The notes under the pieces were generated by a model. The model saw nothing but the letters and a program-made list of their open reading frames with translations, searched no databases and was not told where the DNA came from. Shown here piece after piece: positions 18,304 to 28,053 of a DNA stretch of 64,000 nucleotides. The DNA is from Acidobacteriota bacterium (lineage in GTDB: Bacteria > Acidobacteriota > Vicinamibacteria > Vicinamibacterales > UBA8438), in the NCBI GenBank assembly GCA_015659035.1, contig DQNS01000028.1:8711-72710 (forward strand), written 5' to 3'. Each line of letters starts with the position of its first letter. Within the stretch, counting starts at the first letter, position 1. Both the position numbers and the translations under genes were made by a program.

Positions 18304-20008
18304 ACATCGATCGCTCATACACCGTTTCCCCACCCACGATCGTCTCCTGCACCTGGATGTCGCGGATGGCGGTCGGGTCGACCGTCAGGGGATTCCCGTC
18401 CAGGATGACGAGGTCGGCCAGCTTGCCTGGCGCGATCGAGCCCTTAATGTCCTCTTCGAAGTTCTGCCAGGCGGCGTCGATCGTCACGGTGCGCAGCGCT
18501 TCGAGCGGGGTGATCCGTTCGTCGGGGCCGAGCACCTGGTCGGTCTTTGTCAGCCGGTTCACACCGACCCAGACCAGCTGCAGCGGGTTGACCGGTGTGA
18601 CCGGTGTGTCGTCGTGCACGGTGAACCGGATGCCGCGGTCTATGGACGACCGCAGGGCGCTGATGCCGGCGGCGCGTTTCGGCCCCATGAAGATGTCGCG
18701 GTGCCGGTCGCCCCAGTAGTAGACATGTCCGACGAAGAAGGACGGGGAGAGGTTGAGCTCGGCGATGGCGTCGAGCTGGTCCTGGCGCACCATCTGGCAG
18801 TGCTCGATCCGATGCCGGGCGTCTTCGCGGGGAAAGGCCAGCTGCGCCTCGCGGAACGCGTGGAGGACGTCGTCGATCGCCGCGTCGCCGTTGGCGTGAA
18901 TCGCGATCTGGTAGCCGGCCTCGTGCAGCTCCTTGACCATCGTCGTCAGGTCTTCGCGCCTGCGGCGCGGATAGCCGCGATAATCGGCGTCTCCCTTGAA
19001 CGGCGTGTGATACGGCTCGGTGAAGTAGCCGGTGTAGCCCTGGTTCGACCCGTCCTGCACGATCTTGATCGCCCCGAGCTTGAGATACTCGTCGCCGAAC
19101 CCGGAGACCATGCCACCCGCCTCGGCGGCGGACGGTTGCCCCGGGGCACCCCGCGACATCATCGTGATGATGCGGAACGTGAGGATGCCGGCGTCACGCG
19201 CGCGCTGCAGCCCTGCCAGGCTGCCGCGGCCCCCGCCGGCGATGACGGCGGTGGTGACCCCGTCCTCCACGTAGTCCTCGACCGCCCACCGATACGCCTC
19301 CATCGTCTGCTCCGGGGTTGGCGGCGGAATCAGCCGGCTGACCATGCCGCCGCTCTCCTCGAAGACACCGTCCGGCTCGCCGGTGTCTGGGTCCTTGCGC
19401 ACGACACCGCCCGGCGGGTCGGGCGTGTCGCGGGTGACACCGGCCAGCTCGAGCGCCAGGCTGTTGGCGACACCGAGGTGTCCGGATGTATGGCTGATGT
19501 AGATCGGGTGCGTCGTGGAGGCTTTGTCCAGGTCTGCGCGGGTCGGGTGCCGCTGCTCCGCCAGCAGGGTGTCGTCGTAGCCGCGTCCGGAGACCCACTG
19601 GCCCTCGGGTAGCTCCTCGGCTCGAGCGCGCAGCGCCGCGACCAGCTGGTCCATGTTCTCGATGCCGCCGATCGGCGGGCTGTTCAGGTCGACCTGTGTG
19701 ACCGCCACTCGACCGGATCCGGGAAAGTGGTCGTGCGCGGCGTAGAATCCGGGTGTCATCGTGCGCCCGTTCAGGTCGACCACACGTGTCTCGGGGCCGG
19801 CCAGCCCCCGGACCGCGGCATCACTACCGACAGCCACGATCAGGTCGCCGAGGACCGCCACAGCCTGGACGACCCGCTCGCCCTCCATCGTGACGACGGT
19901 GCCGTTGACCCAGATGGTGTCGGGGGCGATGCCCCGGCCCGGAGCGGTGCACCCCGCGGCAATAGCGGTGACGAAGACCACGGCGATGAGGTAACTCGCC
20001 CGTTTCAT
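18302..20008 (-). CDS. amidohydrolase family protein (YtcJ-like, Amidohydro_3), lipoprotein
   Basis: Track ORF 18302..20023. ATG 20008 has a GGAGGA RBS at 7-nt spacing. The sequence begins MKRASYLIAVVFVTAIAAGC (lipobox). Metal motifs: HDHF, HANGD, HC. Confidence 0.8.
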   Translation of the reverse strand: MKRASYLIAVVFVTAIAAGCTAPGRGIAPDTIWVNGTVVTMEGERVVQAVAVLGDLIVAVGSDAAVRGLAGPETRVVDLNGRTMTPGFYAAHDHFPGSGRVAVTQVDLNSPPIGGIENMDQLVAALRARAEELPEGQWVSGRGYDDTLLAEQRHPTRADLDKASTTHPIYISHTSGHLGVANSLALELAGVTRDTPDPPGGVVRKDPDTGEPDGVFEESGGMVSRLIPPPTPEQTMEAYRWAVEDYVEDGVTTAVIAGGGRGSLAGLQRARDAGILTFRIITMMSRGAPGQPSAAEAGGMVSGFGDEYLKLGAIKIVQDGSNQGYTGYFTEPYHTPFKGDADYRGYPRRRREDLTTMVKELHEAGYQIAIHANGDAAIDDVLHAFREAQLAFPREDARHRIEHCQMVRQDQLDAIAELNLSPSFFVGHVYYWGDRHRDIFMGPKRAAGISALRSSIDRGIRFTVHDDTPVTPVNPLQLVWVGVNRLTKTDQVLGPDERITPLEALRTVTIDAAWQNFEEDIKGSIAPGKLADLVILDGNPLTVDPTAIRDIQVQETIVGGETVYERSM

Positions 20009-20040
20009 GTGTCGTTCCTCCACGCGTGTATCTGTTTGGC

Positions 20041-20075
20041 CCTCACCCCAGCCCTCTCCCAGAGGAAGAGGGAGC
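20041..20075 (-). repeat. REP-like element (CCTCACCCCAGCCCTCTCCCAGAGGAAGAGGGAG)
   Basis: Read directly. It is in the reverse orientation of the family. Confidence 0.65.
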
Positions 20076-20112
20076 TATCAGAGCACGTTTCTCAGCAATT
20101 CGCTAAAGCAGA

Positions 20113-20182
20113 GAAGCTGGCGAAGCCCTTCCGCCTTCGCCAAGGCTTCGGCGGCCAGGCCGGTTTCCTTCTGCCTTCTGTA
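20113..20182. repeat. GGCGAAG-N9-CTTCGCC hairpin module, copy 2, followed by two family A heptamers (CTTCTGC CTTCTGT)
   Basis: gaagctGGCGAAGcccttccgcCTTCGCCaaggcttcggcggccaggcc ... ttccttctgccttctg. Confidence 0.6.
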
Positions 20183-20193
20183 GAGCATCCTCC

Positions 20194-21915
20194 CTACCCG
20201 CTCAGCGAGCGGTACTTTTCGAGCAGACGTGTCGGCGTCGGCTTGAACGCGTCGCGCCGGAACGGGTCGGCCAGCTCCTGGTTGAGCCGCAGGGTCAGCA
20301 CCGTCGGCCGATTCGAGGCGATGGCCGCGCGGAGCGCGTCGCCGATCTGGTCGACCTCCTCGACAAGCGTGCCCTCGGCGCCCATGGCGCGGGCGACGGC
20401 CGCGAAGTCGGGGTTCTCCAGGTTCGTCGCGACGGCGCGGCCGTCGAAGAAGTCGAGCTGGTTCCGCTTCTCGGCGCCCCACTGCTGGTTGTCGAACACG
20501 ATCGCCACGACCGGGATCTGCTCGCGGACACAGGTCATCGTCTCGGTGAGGCTCATCCCCCAGGCCCCTTCGCCGACGTAGGCGATGGCCGGCCGGTCCG
20601 GGCGCGCCACCTTGGCGCCGATCGCCGCCGGGAACGCGTAGCCGCAGTTGCCCCAACTCATGGCGGCGAGAAAGCTCCTGGGCTCGTCGAAGGCGAGGTA
20701 GCTGTTGGCGGTCGAGCACACGTTGCCGATGTCGGTCGAGACCACCGCGTCGGCCGGCAGCGCCCTGGCCAGCTCGGTGAGCGCGGCGCGTGGGCTGATG
20801 CGACCCGTCTGGGACGGGGTGGCCAACCCAGCCAGCTCGGTCGCCCAGGCCGTCTTCTCGGCTGCGATCTCCGTCAGTCGGGTCTCGTCGCGCGCGGGTG
20901 CCGGGCCCGAGCCCTGGAGCCCTGCCAGCAGCGCTTCGGCCGCCAGTCTGGCGTCACCACGAATGCCCAGCGCGATCGGTTTCACGAGCCCGAGCGTCCG
21001 CGCGTCGGTGTCGACCTGGATCACCTGGGCGGAGGCAGGCCAGTACTCGAGCCCGTATTGCGGCAGCGTGCCGAACGGACCGAGCCGGCTCCCGAGCGCC
21101 AGCACCACGTCGGCCTTCGCGAGCAGCCGCATCGCCGCCTTCGACCCTTGATACCCGAGTGGTCCGCACGCCAGCTCGTGGCTTGCCGGGAACGCATCGT
21201 TGTGCAGGTAGCTGGTCACGACCGGGCACGAGAGGTGCTCGGCCAGCCGGCGCGCGGCGTCCACGCCGTCCGCCATCACGACGCCGCCGCCGGAAATGAT
21301 GACCGGAGAGCGGGCGCCGGCCAGCATCGTGGCCGCCCGGTCGAGCGAGTCGCTGCCCCCGGCGCTTCGCTCGGTCGGCTTCGGCGTTGCGATCGTGGTC
21401 TCGAGCTCGCCATAGAAGTAGTCGCGCGGGATGTTGATCTGCACCGGTCCCCGTTCATCGAGGGCGACCGTGAAGGCACGGTGGGTCAGCTCCGCGATCC
21501 GCGCGGGCGAGTTCACGTGGACCTGATACCGCGTGATCTTCGAGAAGATCGGCATCTGATCGGTCTCCTGGAACCCACCCAGCCCCGCGGTGGTGCTGCC
21601 GGCCTCGGGTGTGATGGCGACGACCGGCGAATGGGCCCAGTAGGCGGCGGCGATCGCGGTCACGAAGTTGGTGACCCCGGGTCCGTTCTGCGCGATACAG
21701 ACCCCGTGGCGGTTGGTCACGCGCGAGTAGCCGTCAGCCATGTGCGCCGCGTTCTGCTCGTGCGCCACCGAGACCAGACGGATTCCGGCCAGCGGGAACA
21801 GATCCATCGCGTCCATGTAGGCCGACCCGGCGATGCCGAACACCGTGGTCACCCCGTGGGCGACGAGCGTTTCCACGAACGCCTCGCTGGGGGTCATACG
21901 GGTGTTTTTGCTCAT
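20194..21915 (-). CDS. xsc: sulfoacetaldehyde acetyltransferase-like thiamine-diphosphate enzyme
   Basis: MTPSEAFVETLVAHGVT, AAHMADGY, NGPGVTNF, AAAYWAHSPVV, INIPRDYFYGE, GYQGSKAAM, QWGAEKRN and NQELADPFRRDA all match my recollection of Xsc sequences. The TPP motif GEGAWGMS is present. Confidence 0.7.
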   Translation of the reverse strand: MSKNTRMTPSEAFVETLVAHGVTTVFGIAGSAYMDAMDLFPLAGIRLVSVAHEQNAAHMADGYSRVTNRHGVCIAQNGPGVTNFVTAIAAAYWAHSPVVAITPEAGSTTAGLGGFQETDQMPIFSKITRYQVHVNSPARIAELTHRAFTVALDERGPVQINIPRDYFYGELETTIATPKPTERSAGGSDSLDRAATMLAGARSPVIISGGGVVMADGVDAARRLAEHLSCPVVTSYLHNDAFPASHELACGPLGYQGSKAAMRLLAKADVVLALGSRLGPFGTLPQYGLEYWPASAQVIQVDTDARTLGLVKPIALGIRGDARLAAEALLAGLQGSGPAPARDETRLTEIAAEKTAWATELAGLATPSQTGRISPRAALTELARALPADAVVSTDIGNVCSTANSYLAFDEPRSFLAAMSWGNCGYAFPAAIGAKVARPDRPAIAYVGEGAWGMSLTETMTCVREQIPVVAIVFDNQQWGAEKRNQLDFFDGRAVATNLENPDFAAVARAMGAEGTLVEEVDQIGDALRAAIASNRPTVLTLRLNQELADPFRRDAFKPTPTRLLEKYRSLSG

Positions 21916-21929
21916 TGGGTGAATGCTCT

Positions 21930-21968
21930 CTGGCTACTGGCTACTGGCTTCGGGCTACAGGCTTCGGG
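21930..21968 (+). repeat. family B tandem heptamers (GCTACTG GCTACTG GCTTCGG GCTACAG GCTTCGG)
   Basis: Read directly. The array lies 15-55 nt upstream of the xsc start, on the opposite strand. Confidence 0.7.
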
Positions 21969-22243
21969 CGCTCGGCCGGGCCATGCAGAACGTAACGGCC
22001 GGACCCTAGCTCGGCCCGGGGCGGGCCTGAAGGCCCGCGTCCACCTTGTCGAGAAAGACGGAGCGCCCCCTCCGAGGCACCCACCGCCGCCGATCCCGCA
22101 GGCTGGCGTTCCAAACAAGCAGCCTGCACTGAGAGACCGAGCGACCGTACACCCGGCGTCCTGTCGCGGTCAATCCGCCATCGGCCTGAGTGGGTGATAT
22201 AACATCCTGACCGCTCGAGTTTCGAGAGCCTGACGAGAGACGC

Positions 22244-23104
22244 ATGACCGATTCACCTCTGCGGGTCGACCCCATCTCTCCGGTCATCGGCGCCGAGATC
22301 TCGGGTATCGACCTGTCCGCGCCACTGACGCCCGAGGTCGTCGAGACGCTTCACCAGGCGCTGATGACGCACCTGGTGCTGTTCTTCCGCGACCAGGCGC
22401 TGTCGTTCGAGCAGCACAAGGCGTTCGGCCGCCACTTCGGCGATCTGCACATCCATCCGGCGGCGCCGAAGGACGTCGATCACCCCGAGATTCTGGTGGT
22501 GCACGGCGACGCGACGGTGAAGTTCGTGGCCGGCGAGCTGTGGCACTCGGACGTGTCGTGCGACGTCGAGCCCCCACTGGGCAGCATCCTGCGGATCGAG
22601 CAGGTCCCGACGTCCGGGGGCGACACGCTGTTCGCCAGCATGTACGCGGCCTACGAGGCGCTCTCCGGTCGCCTGCAGCGGTTCCTGGGTGAGCTGACCG
22701 CGGTGCATGATGGTCAGCAGTACTACGTGGGCCGCTATGGTGGCCGGGACCTGCGCGACGGCGCCTACCCTTCAGCCGAGCACCCGGCGATACGGACTCA
22801 CCCGGTGACCGGCCGTCAGGCGCTCTATGTGAATGAAGTGTTCACGACCGGCTTCAAGGAGCTCAAGCAGGCCGAGAGCAACGCGTTGCTCTCGTTTGTG
22901 CTGAAGCACTGCGCGGCGCCCGAGTTCCAGTGCCGTTTCCGCTGGCGCCAGAACTCTGTGGCGTTCTGGGACAACCGGTGCACGCAGCACCACGCCATCT
23001 GGGACTACTATCCGCAGACTCGCCACGGCTATCGGGTCACCATCAAGGGCGACCGCCCGTTCTACGCTGAAGCCGACGTCGACGGTCGACGAGCTGTCCC
23101 GTGA
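22244..23104 (+). CDS. tauD: taurine dioxygenase (TauD/TfdA family Fe(II)/2-oxoglutarate dioxygenase)
   Basis: The sequence is colinear with E. coli TauD as I recall it: IGAEISGIDLS, FGDLHIHP, WHSDVS (HxD), STGGDTLFAS, RTHPVTGRQALYVNEVFTT, WDNRCTQHHA. Confidence 0.75.
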   Translation: MTDSPLRVDPISPVIGAEISGIDLSAPLTPEVVETLHQALMTHLVLFFRDQALSFEQHKAFGRHFGDLHIHPAAPKDVDHPEILVVHGDATVKFVAGELWHSDVSCDVEPPLGSILRIEQVPTSGGDTLFASMYAAYEALSGRLQRFLGELTAVHDGQQYYVGRYGGRDLRDGAYPSAEHPAIRTHPVTGRQALYVNEVFTTGFKELKQAESNALLSFVLKHCAAPEFQCRFRWRQNSVAFWDNRCTQHHAIWDYYPQTRHGYRVTIKGDRPFYAEADVDGRRAVP

Positions 23105-23118
23105 CCGCCGCGGGGTCG

Positions 23119-24597
23119 TCACCCCGTGAACAGCCCGACGAGCGTAATCGAGACGGTCACACAGGCGGCGGCGGCCAGGGTCATCCAGATGCCGACCCGT
23201 GCCATGTCGCGGATCGAGAAGTAGCCGGCGGAGTACGGCAGCACGTTGGTGGGGCTCTCGGTGACGAGGATGAAGGCGAGCGACGACGTGAAGGCCGCCG
23301 GCGCGGCGATCGTCCAGGCGTCGAGTCCGAGGTCGATCGCCAGGGCGAGCAGGATCGGCATGATCAGCGCGCCGGTGACGGTGTTGCTTGAGAAGAGTAG
23401 GTGCAGGAGCGACACAGCGAGCACGATGACGAAGGGGCGGAGCAGCACCGGAATCAACGTGAGGTTGCCCAGCAGCAGCTGCGCGAGCCAGCGGGCCGCG
23501 CCGGTGTCGAAGACCATCAGCCCGAGCGACAGCCCGGCGACAATCAGCATCACTCCGCCCCAGTCCATGTTCTGCTGCGCCTCCTTCCAGGTCATGACGC
23601 GAATGGTCGGTAGAAACAGGGTCAGCCCACCGACCAGCGCGACCGCCTGAACCGGCGGGTCGACGCGTCCTCCCGTCAGGTCGGCGAGCCACGGCGTGAT
23701 CAGCCATGCGGTGATCGTCAGGCCAAAGATGGCCAGGGTCTTGCGCTCGACCGGTGTGAGCGGGCCCAGTGCCGCGAGCTTGGCGTCGATCTCGTGGCGC
23801 TCGAACGGCAGGACGTCGATCTCGGGCGGGAAGATCCGGAGCAGCAGCCACCAGCCGACCGGAATCATCAGCAGCGATGCCGGCACGCCGACCACCATCC
23901 ATTGCCCGAACGAGATGGACAGCCCGGCCAGCTCCTCCAGATAGCTGAGCGCGATCAGGTTGGCGGCGGTGCCGGCCGGGGTCCCGATACCGCCGATGAG
24001 CGGCCCATACGCGCAGGAGATCATCAGCGCGCGACCGAAGTTGCTCTCGAGCGGTTTCAGCTGCGCATCTCGCAGCACACCGACCCCGAGCGGCAGCAGC
24101 ACCGCGGCCACCGCCATGTCGGTGATCCACATCGACAGAAGGGCGCCGACAACGAGGAAACCCAGCAGCACCCGGTCGGTGCGGGTGCCGGCCAGTCGCA
24201 GCACGTGCAGCACCATCCGGGTGCCGAGGCCTGACAGCGTGAAGCCGGTCGACAGGAACAGTACCCCGATGAAGAACACGATCAGCGGGTTGCCGAACCC
24301 GGCGTTGACCGCCGTCGCAAAGTCGGTGATGCCGAAGGCCGGGATCAGCACGAGCACGAGCAGCGAGGTGGCGGCAAACGGCATCGCCTCGCTGACCCAG
24401 AGCGTGACGGCAAACAGGAGAATCGCCAGACAGGTCTTGCCGTCGGGTGTGAGGGCGATCAGCTCGCCGTTGCGCTCGAGCGGCGCCGGCGTCGGCAGCA
24501 GATGCACCGCCAGCATGAGCGCCGTCGCGGCCACCAGCATCCAGACCGCGCGTGTGTCCCCGGTCTCTCCAGCGGTGTTCTTCACGGTTGCGCTCAT
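23119..24597 (-). CDS. DASS/SLC13 family anion:sodium symporter
   Basis: Track ORF 23119..24669. Its first 24 codons are the REP-like element, so I start at ATG 24597 (MSATVKNT). The protein is polytopic, with duplicated GGIGTPAGTAANL and SPTNVLPYSAGY motifs. Confidence 0.8.
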   Translation of the reverse strand: MSATVKNTAGETGDTRAVWMLVAATALMLAVHLLPTPAPLERNGELIALTPDGKTCLAILLFAVTLWVSEAMPFAATSLLVLVLIPAFGITDFATAVNAGFGNPLIVFFIGVLFLSTGFTLSGLGTRMVLHVLRLAGTRTDRVLLGFLVVGALLSMWITDMAVAAVLLPLGVGVLRDAQLKPLESNFGRALMISCAYGPLIGGIGTPAGTAANLIALSYLEELAGLSISFGQWMVVGVPASLLMIPVGWWLLLRIFPPEIDVLPFERHEIDAKLAALGPLTPVERKTLAIFGLTITAWLITPWLADLTGGRVDPPVQAVALVGGLTLFLPTIRVMTWKEAQQNMDWGGVMLIVAGLSLGLMVFDTGAARWLAQLLLGNLTLIPVLLRPFVIVLAVSLLHLLFSSNTVTGALIMPILLALAIDLGLDAWTIAAPAAFTSSLAFILVTESPTNVLPYSAGYFSIRDMARVGIWMTLAAAACVTVSITLVGLFTG

Positions 24598-24610
24598 TCG
24601 TTTCGACCAA

Positions 24611-24652
24611 CCCTCACCCCGGCTCTTTCCCAGAGGGAGAGGGAGGAGCCGG
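24611..24652 (-). repeat. REP-like element (CCCTCACCCCGGCTCTTTCCCAGAGGGAGAGGGAGGAGCCGG)
   Basis: Read directly. Confidence 0.65.
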
Positions 24653-24697
24653 AGCACCCGCTCGCGCAACCTGAGCGACGCCGATTGCGCGGCCTGC

Positions 24698-25486
24698 CTA
24701 TGGTGGATCGAACCGGCCGTCCACCGCCGTCCATCCGCCGTCGGCCATCAGCAGCGTGCCGGTCACGAAGCTGGCAGCGTCCGAGGCGAGAAACACCGTC
24801 GGTCCGACCATCTCCTCCGCGGTGGCCCACCGGTTGAACACGCTCTTGGCGGCGTACGCTCCATGCCAGTCCGGGTCCGCCTGGATCGGCGCCGTCAGCG
24901 GTGTCTCCACCACACCCGGTCCGACCGCGTTCACCCGCACACCAGAGGGGCCGAATTCCGCCGCGGCGGTCCGGACGAGCTGCACGATGCCGGCCTTGGT
25001 CGAGGCATAGACCGACTGTCCCGGTTCGACCACCTGGGCGCGGATCGAGGAGAAGAGGATGATGCTGCCGCGGCCGCGCGCGGTCATGATCCGTCCGGCC
25101 GCGCGCAGGACGTTGAAGCTGCCCTTCAGGTTCAGCCCGACGACGCGGTCGAAGTCCGCGTCCGTGTAGTCGAGAATCGGCTTGCGCACGTTCACTCCCG
25201 GTGTGGAGACGACGATGTCCAGCCCGCCGTGCCGCGCCATGACCTGGTCGAGCGCGTCGGCGACCGACGTGGCGTCGGTGATGTCGAGCCGGACTGCATC
25301 GGCGACGCCCCCCTCGGCCGCGATCGCCTCGGCCGTCGCGCTGGCGGCGTCGCCGTTGACGTCCAGACAGCGCACGGTCGCGCCCTGACGGGCGCACCCG
25401 TGGGCTACGGCCTCGCCGATGCCCGACCCGGCGCCGATGATGGCGGCCACCCGTCCGCCCAGCCCGAAGACCCGGTCGCTCTTCAT
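24698..25486 (-). CDS. SDR family oxidoreductase
   Basis: Last 262 codons of track ORF 24698..27373, starting at ATG 25486. Motifs: IIGAGSGIGEA (TGxxxGxG-like), NxxG, and YASTKAG (YxxxK). ATGA overlap with the upstream stop. Confidence 0.85.
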   Translation of the reverse strand: MKSDRVFGLGGRVAAIIGAGSGIGEAVAHGCARQGATVRCLDVNGDAASATAEAIAAEGGVADAVRLDITDATSVADALDQVMARHGGLDIVVSTPGVNVRKPILDYTDADFDRVVGLNLKGSFNVLRAAGRIMTARGRGSIILFSSIRAQVVEPGQSVYASTKAGIVQLVRTAAAEFGPSGVRVNAVGPGVVETPLTAPIQADPDWHGAYAAKSVFNRWATAEEMVGPTVFLASDAASFVTGTLLMADGGWTAVDGRFDPP

Positions 25487-26883
25487 GACACCTCCATCGA
25501 CTTGCGGGTTGCCGCCATGACTGCGAGCGTCGCGGTCAGGGCGGCGGCGAGCCCAAGCATTGCCGGGGTGAGCCATGCGACGCCTTCGCTCCCGGCGGTG
25601 ATCTGGTCCACTGCGACCACCGCCACGCCGGCCGCGATCGACGCGATCGCCTCGGGGGTCCGCACCCGCCGGATATACAGCCCGACGATCACCGGCACGA
25701 ACAGGCTGACGGCCAGCAGCGTATAGAAGATGCTCAACGCGTCGACAATCGAATCCGAGAATATCGCGATGGCGGTGCCGAGTGTGCCACCGACGATGGC
25801 GGCAACGCGGGCGACCCGCACGACCTGCGCATCGTTTGCATCCGGCCGCGCGAAACGACGGTAGAGGTCTCTCGACAGAGACGTCGCCAGCATGAACAGA
25901 ATCGCGTCGGCCGAGCTGACTTCCGCTGAAAACAGGGCGGCGAGTCCCAGCGCACCGACCAGCGGCGGCAGCGATTCCAAGAGCAAGGTCGGGAGCGCGA
26001 GATTCTGGTCGGGCAGGTCCGGCACCAGCATGCGCGCGATCATGCCAAGCAGTGTGAACACCACTGCGAAGACCAGCAGCGCGAGTCCGTTTAGTCCCAC
26101 GCCTAGCCTGACGGCGCGGTCGTCGCGCGCGGCGTAGACCCGCTGGAGGATCCCGGGTGAGACGATAAACGAGGGACCCAGCATCGCGAGATAGAACCAC
26201 CCGGATTCGCCACCAGTCCAGAAGCTCCAGAAGCCCTCGATGTCGCGAGTGCCGGCGATGACCTGCGGCAGGCCGCCCACCGACGCCAGGATCATCGGGA
26301 ACACGACGATGAAGCCGAGCACTAGCACGACCAGCTGCACCGCGTTGACCCAGACCGAGGTCAGCAGCCCGCCGGCGGTGAAGTACACCGTGACCACGAT
26401 GCCGCCGATGACCGAGCCGACCCAGCGGTCGAGCCCGGTCACGGCGTTGAGGACGAACCCCATCGCGATCAGCTGTGCGGCCAGGATCCCGAGGCTGCCT
26501 ACCCAGAGGAGCGACGCGATCATGGCTCGCACCTCGCGGCCGTAGCGGTGCTCGAGGAAGTCGCCCACGGTGTGCAGATCCCGCGCCGCGGCTATCTCCC
26601 GGAGCCGCGGCCCGACCCAGAACGCGAGCGCCATCGACCCGATTCCGGCCGACCCCACCCACCACCAGGCGCTCAAGCCGTCGCGATACGCGAGGCCGGC
26701 GGCGTTGACCGTCGTGCCGGCGCCGAGGTTCGCGGCCAGCAGCGTCGCGAAGATCAGTCCGGGCCCCAGACGTCGCCCGGCGACGAAGAAGTCGCTCGAC
26801 CCCTGGACTCGGCGGCCGACCCATAGCCCGATCGCCATCAGGAGCGCGGCGTAGAGAAGCAGGATGGTGAGATGGGGACTCAC
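25483..26883 (-). CDS. sodium:solute symporter (SSS) family transporter
   Basis: 466 aa and polytopic, with FFVAGRRLG near the N-terminus. GTGA overlap with the upstream stop. Confidence 0.85.
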   Translation of the reverse strand: MSPHLTILLLYAALLMAIGLWVGRRVQGSSDFFVAGRRLGPGLIFATLLAANLGAGTTVNAAGLAYRDGLSAWWWVGSAGIGSMALAFWVGPRLREIAAARDLHTVGDFLEHRYGREVRAMIASLLWVGSLGILAAQLIAMGFVLNAVTGLDRWVGSVIGGIVVTVYFTAGGLLTSVWVNAVQLVVLVLGFIVVFPMILASVGGLPQVIAGTRDIEGFWSFWTGGESGWFYLAMLGPSFIVSPGILQRVYAARDDRAVRLGVGLNGLALLVFAVVFTLLGMIARMLVPDLPDQNLALPTLLLESLPPLVGALGLAALFSAEVSSADAILFMLATSLSRDLYRRFARPDANDAQVVRVARVAAIVGGTLGTAIAIFSDSIVDALSIFYTLLAVSLFVPVIVGLYIRRVRTPEAIASIAAGVAVVAVDQITAGSEGVAWLTPAMLGLAAALTATLAVMAATRKSMEVS

Positions 26884-27983
26884 TGGCCGGTCGGGAGATC
26901 GCGAGCCGCCGGGTACCCGGGGATGCCGGTCGCGGCGCGAACCGCGCGCACGATCGCTTCCGCCATGACGTCGGCCGCCAGCGCACCGATGGTGGTGAGG
27001 TTGGGGGTCTCGGCGTGGAGACCGGTGGCAAGCGCGAAGATGGCGTCACCATCGTTCGGGGTGTGCGAGGGGGCGATCGCCCGCGCGAAGCCGTCGTGCG
27101 CCATCTGCGCCATGACGGTGGCCTGGGCCTGTGTAAGCCGGGCGTTGGTCGCGACCACGCCGATCGTCGTATTCTCACCCGGCCGGCCACGGGCGCTCGA
27201 CCCGGCCCGCAGCAGTCTGCGGGCATCGGCGAGACCCCGGCCGTCCGCGGTCCGGACCCCGGCCACGACCTGCCCGGTGGCCGGGTCGATGACGTCGCCG
27301 ACGGCATTGACCGCGACCAGCGCCGCCACGACCAGCCCGCCGGGCCCCGTGACCGCCGCCGAGCCGACCCCACCCTTCATCGCCCGTCCGCGGCCACCCG
27401 TCTTCCCGATCGTCGCGCCGGCGCCGGCGCCGACGTTGCCCTCGGCGACCGGACCGGTCGTGGCCGCCTCGGCCGCCTGATAGCCGCATTCAGCCGTCGG
27501 CCGGATCGTCGGGTCATCGCCGATGCCGAGGTCGAAGAGGATGGCCGCCGGGACGATCGGCACCTTCGCGATGCGTGTGTCGTAGCCGATGTCCCGTTCC
27601 GACAGATAGCGCATGACGCCGCTCGCGGCGTCGAGACCGAACGCGCTGCCGCCGGACAGCACCACCGCATGGACCTCTTGGACCGTCTTGGCCGGGTCGA
27701 GCAGGTCGGTCTCGCGTGTTCCGGGCGCTCCACCACGGACGTCGACCCCGGCCACGGCGCCCGCCTCGACGAGCACGACGGTGCAGCCGGTCGGTCGCTC
27801 GGTCAGGGTATGATGACCGACCTTGATGCCGTCCACGGCGGTCAGTCCGCGGTGGCTCTGTGCGTGGGTGCCGGGGTGGGCCATGAGCCCTCCGGCGAGA
27901 CAGGCGACTGCGACGACCAGCGGACGCCGCGCTCGGAGCCTCCGGTTCGTCTGGTGCCGCATGGCTCGCGAAGAAGACGGCAT
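26880..27983 (-). CDS. P1 (DmpA/S58) family aminopeptidase, secreted
   Basis: Track ORF 26880..28019. GIKVGHHT, TGCTVVL, GGAPGTRETD, NTTIGVVATNA (autoprocessing/nucleophile region). The start is ATG 27983 or ATG 27962, the latter giving the signal MRHQTNRRLRARRPLVVAVACLAGG. Confidence 0.75.
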   Translation of the reverse strand: MPSSSRAMRHQTNRRLRARRPLVVAVACLAGGLMAHPGTHAQSHRGLTAVDGIKVGHHTLTERPTGCTVVLVEAGAVAGVDVRGGAPGTRETDLLDPAKTVQEVHAVVLSGGSAFGLDAASGVMRYLSERDIGYDTRIAKVPIVPAAILFDLGIGDDPTIRPTAECGYQAAEAATTGPVAEGNVGAGAGATIGKTGGRGRAMKGGVGSAAVTGPGGLVVAALVAVNAVGDVIDPATGQVVAGVRTADGRGLADARRLLRAGSSARGRPGENTTIGVVATNARLTQAQATVMAQMAHDGFARAIAPSHTPNDGDAIFALATGLHAETPNLTTIGALAADVMAEAIVRAVRAATGIPGYPAARDLPTGQ

Positions 27984-28053
27984 GGATTCCCAGTGATGAT
28001 AGACGATAGCGGAAAGCACGGGTCCTGAAAACGGGGCGCCTGGGTCCTAAGGG

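Noticed and set aside
25487-27373. N-terminal 629 codons of the 891-aa minus-strand ORF 24698..27373.
   Set aside because: It overlaps the SSS transporter and DmpA-like genes in other frames and has nonsense-like composition. Only the last 262 codons (the SDR) are credible.
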